Shown piece after piece: positions 58,513-64,000 of a stretch of DNA of 64,000 bases (position 1 is its first letter; every line of letters begins with the position of its first letter). Below the pieces are notes generated by a model that was given only the letters and a program-made list of their open reading frames with translations, searched no databases and was not told the DNA's origin. The stretch comes from an uncultured Ignavibacteriaceae bacterium (GTDB taxonomy: Bacteria > Bacteroidota > Ignavibacteria > Ignavibacteriales > Ignavibacteriaceae): the NCBI GenBank assembly GCA_964393605.1, contig CAYMUL010000018.1, positions 1,819-65,818 on the forward strand. The letters run 5' to 3'. A program made the position numbers and the translations under genes.

Positions 58513-60464
58513 AAAAACCGATCTGGTCTCCCTCAATTGAGAGATATGCTAATTCAAATCTTGTCCGCTTCATCGACTTCATAAACGAAAAACATAAAAA
58601 GGAACTGACAAGTTTTTTCGAACTTTATTATTGGTCAATTGATGAACACGAAAAATTTTGGGAATCGTTGCTTGATTTTTCTGAAATAAAATTATCGAAA
58701 TCATTCGACAAAATTCTCATCGGTAATGAAATGTTTGGCGCAAAATATTTTTCCGGTGCAGAGTTAAACTTTGCAGAAAATTTGCTTCGCTTCAATGACG
58801 ATGAAATCGCAATAATAAGTGTGCGCGAAAATTTTGAAAATATTAAAATCACTTATGCGCAGCTAAATTTTTTGACCGCAAAATGTGCCGATGCATTAGC
58901 CGAATGTGGAATCAAAAAAGGTGATCGCGTTGCAGGTTATATCTCAAATCTTCCCGAAGCAGTAATTGCAATGCTTGCAACTACAAGTCTCGGTGCGATA
59001 TGGACTTCATGTTCGCCCGACTTTGGCGATGCCGCCGTTATTGATCGATTCGAGCAAATCAAACCGAAAATACTTTTTGCATCTGAAGCATATTCTTACA
59101 ACGGAAAAGTGATCGACAACTCCGAAAAAATTTCTGCCGTGATGCACAAAATTAAATCGATCGAAAAATTGATAAAAATTCCGATTAACAACAATCCTTT
59201 GGAAGTTCTCGGCAAAAAGAAAAAATGGGGAAAAGATTCATTCAATACTTTCATAAATAATAAAGCGACGAAAATAAAATTTGAACAAAATTCTTTCGAC
59301 CATCCCGTCTATATTCTCTATTCATCAGGAACAACCGGAAAGCCGAAGTGCATAGTTCACGGCGCAGGAGGAACTCTTCTTCAACATTATAAAGAATTAG
59401 CGCTTCACACTGATCTAAAAAGGGAAGACACAATATTTTACTTTACAACCTGCGGTTGGATGATGTGGAATTGGCTTGTCAGTTCACTGTTTATTGGTGC
59501 GAAAGTTGTTTTGTTCGATGGAAGTCCTACTTATCCAAACATAGATTCTCTCTGGCAACTTTCCGAAGTAGAAAAAATTTCTATCTTCGGTACAAGTCCG
59601 AAATTTCTTTCTCTCTGTGAAAAGCAAAATTGTGATCCATCAGAAAATTTTTCTTTCGAAAACTTAAAAACAATTTTATCAACCGGTTCACCACTTTCGG
59701 AACAAAATTTTCATTGGGTTTATGAAAGAATAAAAAAAGATGTTCAGCTTTCATCAATCAGCGGGGGAACTGATATTATTTCCTGCTTCATGCTTGGCTC
59801 GCCAATGCTTCCGGTTTATGCGGGAGAAATACAAACGCGCGGTTTGGGCATGTCTGTTGATGTTTATGATGAAGAGGGAAATTCAATTAACGGTGAAGTG
59901 GGCGAACTTGTTTGCAAAAAACCGTTTCCATCCATGCCTTTATTTTTTTGGAATGATGAAGAAAATAAAAAGTACAAAGAATCATACTTCAATTTTTACG
60001 AAGGAGTTTGGCGACACGGAGATTTTATTGAACTTACCGAAAACGATGGAATCATAACGCACGGAAGAAGCGATGCAACTCTGAATCCCGGCGGTGTACG
60101 AATTGGTACGGCAGAAATTTACAACATCGTTGAGGCAATGGATGAAGTGCTGGATAGTTTGGTCGTCGGACAAAAATGGAACAACGATGTTCGAGTAATT
60201 TTGTTCATCGTGCTGGATGAAAAAGTTAGTCTTGATCAACACTTAACCGAAAAAATCAAACATGACATAAAGTATAAAGCTTCGCCGCGTCATGTGCCGA
60301 ATAAAATAATTCGTGTTACCGAAATTCCCCGAACTATCAACGGCAAAAAAGTAGAGTTAGCAGTAACAAGAATTATTAACGAACAGAAAATTGAAAATCT
60401 CGAAGTCCTTCAAAACCCTTCATCATTAAAACAATATGAAAATATTCCTCAGTTGCAAGATTAA
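58509..60464 (+). CDS. acetoacetate--CoA ligase (acetoacetyl-CoA synthetase)
   Basis: 651 aa. N-terminus PIWSPS.ER...SNL..F. AMP-binding motif ILYSSGTTGKPKCIVH. HGDFIELTENDGIITHGRSDATLNPGGVRIGTAEIY, and a terminal R..NGKK pattern. Confidence 0.85.
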   Translation: MKKPIWSPSIERYANSNLVRFIDFINEKHKKELTSFFELYYWSIDEHEKFWESLLDFSEIKLSKSFDKILIGNEMFGAKYFSGAELNFAENLLRFNDDEIAIISVRENFENIKITYAQLNFLTAKCADALAECGIKKGDRVAGYISNLPEAVIAMLATTSLGAIWTSCSPDFGDAAVIDRFEQIKPKILFASEAYSYNGKVIDNSEKISAVMHKIKSIEKLIKIPINNNPLEVLGKKKKWGKDSFNTFINNKATKIKFEQNSFDHPVYILYSSGTTGKPKCIVHGAGGTLLQHYKELALHTDLKREDTIFYFTTCGWMMWNWLVSSLFIGAKVVLFDGSPTYPNIDSLWQLSEVEKISIFGTSPKFLSLCEKQNCDPSENFSFENLKTILSTGSPLSEQNFHWVYERIKKDVQLSSISGGTDIISCFMLGSPMLPVYAGEIQTRGLGMSVDVYDEEGNSINGEVGELVCKKPFPSMPLFFWNDEENKKYKESYFNFYEGVWRHGDFIELTENDGIITHGRSDATLNPGGVRIGTAEIYNIVEAMDEVLDSLVVGQKWNNDVRVILFIVLDEKVSLDQHLTEKIKHDIKYKASPRHVPNKIIRVTEIPRTINGKKVELAVTRIINEQKIENLEVLQNPSSLKQYENIPQLQD

Positions 60465-60475
60465 TACAATTAGGA

Positions 60476-60563
60476 ATAGAACACTGATAACACTGATTTT
60501 GACAGATTTTCGCAGATAGAAATCTGTGAAAATCAGTAGTATCTGTGTCATCAGTGTGCTATT
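60476..60563 (+). repeat. 88-nt imperfect palindromic element, copy 1 (ctgat/cagat word family)
   Basis: Begins 11 nt after the acetoacetyl-CoA synthetase stop. The outer arms gaacactgataacactgat / atctgtgtcatcagtgtgc pair at 16 of 19 positions. The inner arms gattttgacagatttt / gaaatctgtgaaaatc pair at 14 of 16. 81 of 88 positions are identical to copy 2. Confidence 0.85.
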
Positions 60564-60613
60564 GATAGTTGTGCGTTAACTCCGGTACTTTATTAACATA
60601 AATTTTGAATTAG

Positions 60614-60846
60614 GTAATAAGGTTGACTTGTAAAGGATTTATTGTTACTAAGGTTGAGATTTAAATCAAGGTTTGTCTTTACAATATTTGTTCGTTTAAT
60701 AAATCGAAATGAAATTCGAAATGATTTTTAATGTAAAAGTGTTTTCTGATTATACATTGCCACAGTTCTTCATAATCATGAATTTCTTAACTTAATTTTT
60801 ATTAAACCTTAGTAACTGAAAAATAAAATAATAAAAACCTTATTAC
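60614..60846. repeat. nested inverted repeat: gtaataaggtt...gttactaaggtt / aaccttagtaac...aaccttattac around a 149-nt AT-rich core
   Basis: Exact complementary arms: 60614-60624 with 60836-60846, and 60644-60655 with 60805-60816. Arm spacing is the same on both sides (30 and 31 nt). Confidence 0.8.
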
Positions 60847-60871
60847 ATTATTGACAGCAGACATGCAATCG

Positions 60872-61160
60872 TTTGAAGAATTAAAAATTACAAATGAATA
60901 TTACTCTGCGCCTTAGCGTCTTGGCGGTGAAATAAAATTAAATTCCTTTGCGTTATTTTGCGAACTTAGCGGTTAAAAAAGAAGATTGTTTGCATGGGCG
61001 AAGCAGAGAAAGATAATGATTAAGATAATGAGAAAGAAAATTGAGAATTGAGTACCGATTCATCGGGAGAGAATGGAGAATTGACAATCGTAAATAATAA
61101 ATAATAAATTCCTTAGTGCCGTTGTGCCGTTGTGGCATTCCTTTGAAGAATTAAAAATTA
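60872..61160 (+). repeat. modular doubled-word intergenic repeat, locus B (same family as 33271-33880)
   Basis: Blocks shared with locus A in the same order: tttgaagaattaaaaattacaaat (60872), acttagcggttaaaaaagaagattgtt, gggcgaagcagagaaagataa, gacaatcgtaaataataaat (61083-61102), and an exact 31-mer ttgtggcattcctttgaagaattaaaaatta (61130-61160, identical to 33542-33572). Confidence 0.9.
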
Positions 61161-61177
61161 GAAATATGAAATTAGAA

Positions 61178-61265
61178 ATAGAACACTGATAACGCTGATC
61201 TTGACAGATATTCGCAGATATAAATCAGTGAAAATCAGTTCTATCTGTGTCATCAGTGTGCTATT
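61178..61265 (+). repeat. 88-nt imperfect palindromic element, copy 2
   Basis: Direct-orientation copy of 60476-60563 with 7 substitutions and no indels. Confidence 0.85.
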
Positions 61266-61413
61266 GGCGGTTTTGGAAGATGGAATTGTTCTCAGTAGGA
61301 ATTATTTTATAAAGTTCTGCCGCAAAGGAAATATAAACAGGGTAATTTGCCCATCAAAAAACATGAATTGATCTTTGAGTGAAAACCGCCAAGAAAGGGA
61401 ATTAACGGAGAAG

Positions 61414-61447
61414 TTAAAAAAAAATCCCCCTTGAAAAAGAGGGATTT
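61414..61447 (-). terminator. intrinsic terminator of the 745-aa gene
   Basis: Stem aaatccc (61422-61428) pairs with gggattt (61441-61447). On the minus strand the hairpin is followed by a U-run (plus-strand A-run 61416-61421). It lies about 30 nt downstream of the stop at 61476. Confidence 0.7.
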
Positions 61448-61475
61448 TAATTAATAAATGCAATATTTAAGGCAC

Positions 61476-63713
61476 TTACCTAAAATAGTCAAGAAGCTTC
61501 GGATTTCTCTCAAGCTTGAATATCTTGTCAGCTGCCCAGGTTTCTTTTGGTGTCATAAAATTCCTAAAACCAATGTCAAATCTATGACCAACATCAATAA
61601 AAAGCATATCATTTAAGAATTTGCTGTGCTCTCCTGATGTAAATACTGCATGCATTGCCTCATGTGCTACAACATATGGAACCGTTATTGCAGGTAACAA
61701 TCCACCATTCGGCGGCCCTCTTATTTTTATGATTGCCTGCCTCAAAGCAGGGTTGGGAGGCATATCATACCGTAAAGAGGTATTGCCTACATTTAGATTA
61801 GTGTATGTCATTACAATGTCAGCGCTTGCAGAATCTCCGTGCTCAACAACATGAAACCTTTCGCTTTCAAGCTTTTTGATGCCAGAAAAACTGGAATCTG
61901 GGTACCAGCTTACTGGAGCTTTGCTTCTGTTGAGGTATACTTTTATGTTCATGTTGTCTCCTTTGAATCTTGGCGTTGTTTGTTTGTATAGAGAATCCCC
62001 TAAAAGTTTCTTTGTAATATTACTAATATCCTGCAGGAAAGTCATGTAGTCCCTTGCATCGGTTCCTGGCGCATTTGGCAGCAAAGCAGAGGAAGTATCC
62101 CACCCCCTCCTCATCATTGGGATTCCTGTTGTGTCTTTGAATGCCATTGCAACCAAATCCCCATCTAGGTTAATCCTGTTGTTCTTCCAGAAGTAAAAAG
62201 CGGTATCGCTGGGGTTTTTCCCAACAACAAATATTGAATCATTTCCGGACTTGTTTGTCCTGAAAAAGAAATGCCCGTCAACAATATCATACTTCAATGA
62301 AGGCTCAGAGCCCAAGTAAGCGACAAATGCCCCATTTGGGACAGCAGTCCTGTTGCCATACTTAGTGTCTATGTCGTAAATAAATCCGGAGGAAATATGC
62401 TTTACAGGAATAAAAGTTATATTGAAACCATTTGACCAGGCAGGCCTTGAAGGGTCCTCAACATCGGTTGCACGAATAACAACATTATTCAATGAGGCAG
62501 AATTGTGCGAAGGAACCCACTTCATTATTGAATCTTGCACAATAAGCTGGGGATTAAATGTTGAATATAAATTGGCATCGTCATTGTCAAAGAATTGGTT
62601 GAGGTTTAATATAAGGGTGTCATTCCAGCCATTGCTGTTTAATTCATGTAGTGTATAATTTGGAATGTTTTGCTTTAATTTTGGGAGCCTGTTTGCCACA
62701 ACCTCAAAATGCATGCTGTCTGCTGTAAGCTCAAAATCAAATGATTTCGTTGATATGTTTTGCCCACTAAATTCAAGCTTGTATTCATCCCCAAGCTGCT
62801 TTTTAAGTTGAAAATCGCCAGCCCTGTAAAGTAGAACCTCACCGGAAGTGTTGCTTCCCCCATCAACCAGCACCATCTTCTTTGCCTGCCTGAAATCCTT
62901 TGAAATAATCTGGTAAATATAAACTCCAGCCGATACCGCTTCATTTTTGTCATTTTGCCCATTCCAGGAAACCTTGAATCTACCTGGCAATATCTCCTCA
63001 TTGACGAGAGTCCTGACTTTCCTGCCAAGCACGTCAAACACAGCAATATCAACCTTGGCATATTCCGGCAGTGAAAATTCAATCACGGTGGAGGGGTTGA
63101 AAGGGTTCGGGTAATTCTGCCCAAGGGAATATCCCGTTGGGAAATTAATTATTTCATCAACAGAGGTGGGGTCAAACTTAAGCTTGAACTGCCCATTTCT
63201 CACAGAATCAGAGGTGACTGAACTTGAATCACGAAGAAGAACAACCTTAGAGTTTAAGGGGCGGGATAATTTATCAACTAAAGTTCCGGTTATAGTTTTT
63301 AACTCAATAACGGGGGCGTAATACGTAATTTCGCTAAAACTGAAAAGGGGAGAAGTGAGGAATATTAGAAGTGCAACCAAACATGCACGGATTGGAAAGA
63401 GCAGATTGTTCAAATATGTAAAAATTAGGAAAGGATTTTTAGGAAGAAATCCGATTGGTGCGGGGGGAGTAATGTTTCTTTCGTCTGCTTTTTTTCGGAT
63501 TAAAAGAAACTTTGCCACTTGCAGTCGTATCCAATCATCGGAGAGAAATGGGAGGCGCGTATCAAGCTTCTTGACTTCTTTCGGGTGGTTTTCAATCCAT
63601 ATTAAATTAAAGTTTGATGGATAAGTAATATTCCGATCATGAAGTATTAAGTGTTGCTTACGAGTTTTTGGTTTTCGCAACGGGAAATTGGGCTTAATCC
63701 AGGTTGGTTTCAT
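61476..63713 (-). CDS. large hypothetical surface protein: CarboxypepD_reg-like domain, internal T9SS-CTD/FlgD-Ig-like domain, cadherin-like domain and C-terminal HExxH (HEAMH) putative metallopeptidase domain
   Basis: AAGGAG SD 8 nt upstream of the ATG at 63713. Hydrophobic segment LLFPIRACLVALLIFLTSPLFSFS at aa 104-127 (alternative TTG start at 63413). CTD-like GQNYPNPFNPSTVIEF...GVYIYQI...AKKMVLV at aa 194-284 (62862-63134). HEAMH at 61650-61664. Confidence 0.65.
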   Translation of the reverse strand: MKPTWIKPNFPLRKPKTRKQHLILHDRNITYPSNFNLIWIENHPKEVKKLDTRLPFLSDDWIRLQVAKFLLIRKKADERNITPPAPIGFLPKNPFLIFTYLNNLLFPIRACLVALLIFLTSPLFSFSEITYYAPVIELKTITGTLVDKLSRPLNSKVVLLRDSSSVTSDSVRNGQFKLKFDPTSVDEIINFPTGYSLGQNYPNPFNPSTVIEFSLPEYAKVDIAVFDVLGRKVRTLVNEEILPGRFKVSWNGQNDKNEAVSAGVYIYQIISKDFRQAKKMVLVDGGSNTSGEVLLYRAGDFQLKKQLGDEYKLEFSGQNISTKSFDFELTADSMHFEVVANRLPKLKQNIPNYTLHELNSNGWNDTLILNLNQFFDNDDANLYSTFNPQLIVQDSIMKWVPSHNSASLNNVVIRATDVEDPSRPAWSNGFNITFIPVKHISSGFIYDIDTKYGNRTAVPNGAFVAYLGSEPSLKYDIVDGHFFFRTNKSGNDSIFVVGKNPSDTAFYFWKNNRINLDGDLVAMAFKDTTGIPMMRRGWDTSSALLPNAPGTDARDYMTFLQDISNITKKLLGDSLYKQTTPRFKGDNMNIKVYLNRSKAPVSWYPDSSFSGIKKLESERFHVVEHGDSASADIVMTYTNLNVGNTSLRYDMPPNPALRQAIIKIRGPPNGGLLPAITVPYVVAHEAMHAVFTSGEHSKFLNDMLFIDVGHRFDIGFRNFMTPKETWAADKIFKLERNPKLLDYFR

Positions 63714-63930
63714 TCTTAATTCTCCTTAAAGGATAGATAAAAAAGATAAAAAAATGTTCAGTAAAATTTCATTGTCAGAAAAAAAAATTAGTCGCATGGA
63801 GGAATACATTATATTCTTGCTGAAAATTAAAAAATAATATCTATATATCCTTGCAAATCACCTCTTGTGCAGAAAAAAAATTTGGTTTTTTATAAGCCGA
63901 TTGTACCGAAGAAAGCAGTACGGAGAAATG

Positions 63931-64000
63931 TGAATGGACAATAGACAATTGAGAATTGAGAATGGAGAATTGAGAATTGACAATCGTAAATAATAAATAA
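63931..64000 (+). repeat. modular doubled-word intergenic repeat, locus C (truncated by the window edge)
   Basis: tgaatggacaatagacaattgagaattgagaatggagaattgagaattgacaatcgtaaataataaataa. It contains the family 20-mer gacaatcgtaaataataaat at 63979-63998 and the gagaatN heptad run. Confidence 0.85.

Noticed and set aside
60953-61138. 61-aa minus-strand ORF in repeat locus B
   Set aside because: Same reason as above. It is a by-product of the repeat, not a conserved small protein.
62675-63082. 135-aa same-strand alternative-frame ORF inside the 745-aa gene
   Set aside because: It is fully nested in the longer ORF, which carries recognisable domains (CTD-like, HExxH). The nested product is Arg/Cys/Leu-rich with no motif.
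61476-63713. Claim of horizontal transfer based on composition
   Set aside because: Not rejected outright, but not asserted. Hand counts of a few 60-nt lines gave about 40-53% GC. Other native genes such as mreB reach similar values, and AGG codons also occur in core genes. A proper GC and codon-usage calculation is needed.

Overview
AT-rich bacterial chromosomal segment. Several markers point to an FCB-group organism of Ignavibacteria/Bacteroidota type: C-terminal 'NYPNPFNPST...' T9SS sorting domains, a PorV/PorQ-like barrel, DUF2851, and an Hc1-type histone-like protein. About 85% of the window is tightly packed housekeeping genes:
- a partial Fe-S oxidoreductase, CapA-like protein, IDH-family dehydrogenase, MFS transporter, dusB, polX, crotonase, apt and rsmI;
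- a divergent lysine-catabolism pair, lat/pcd;
- a 2-oxoacid dehydrogenase operon with lipoate genes interleaved (lpdA-lipB-E1alpha/beta-E2-lipA);
- a same-strand block pyrG-TPR-purN-purH-mreBCD-mrdA-rodA-dcd-pyrF-hyp-DUF2851;
- etfBA plus a bifunctional nuclease, clpS, tRNA-Phe, purC and a DUF971 gene;
- pgsA-pgpA-cinA-thpR-recA-recX, then a NUDIX hydrolase, a flavin reductase and acetoacetyl-CoA synthetase.

I see no rRNA, CRISPR array, transposase, integrase or recognisable defence system. Four parts are not explained by ordinary annotation:
1. A translationally coupled seven-gene cell-surface operon (20279-33269). It combines a TonB-dependent receptor, a PorV/PorQ-like barrel, two lipoproteins and three CTD-bearing secreted proteins, one of them a two-HKD PLD-family enzyme.
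2. A family of modular intergenic repeats built from doubled 6-9-nt words. It occurs at three loci (33271-33880, 60872-61160, 63931 to the window edge). Alongside it are two 88-nt palindromic elements and a nested inverted repeat in the 1-kb spacer at 60465-61475.
3. A 745-aa ORF bracketed by those repeats. A T9SS-CTD-like domain sits in the middle of the protein and an HExxH domain at its end.
4. A PolX whose three polymerase catalytic carboxylates all appear to be substituted while the PHP domain looks intact.

All homology statements come from reading motifs by eye. Nothing was searched or computed.
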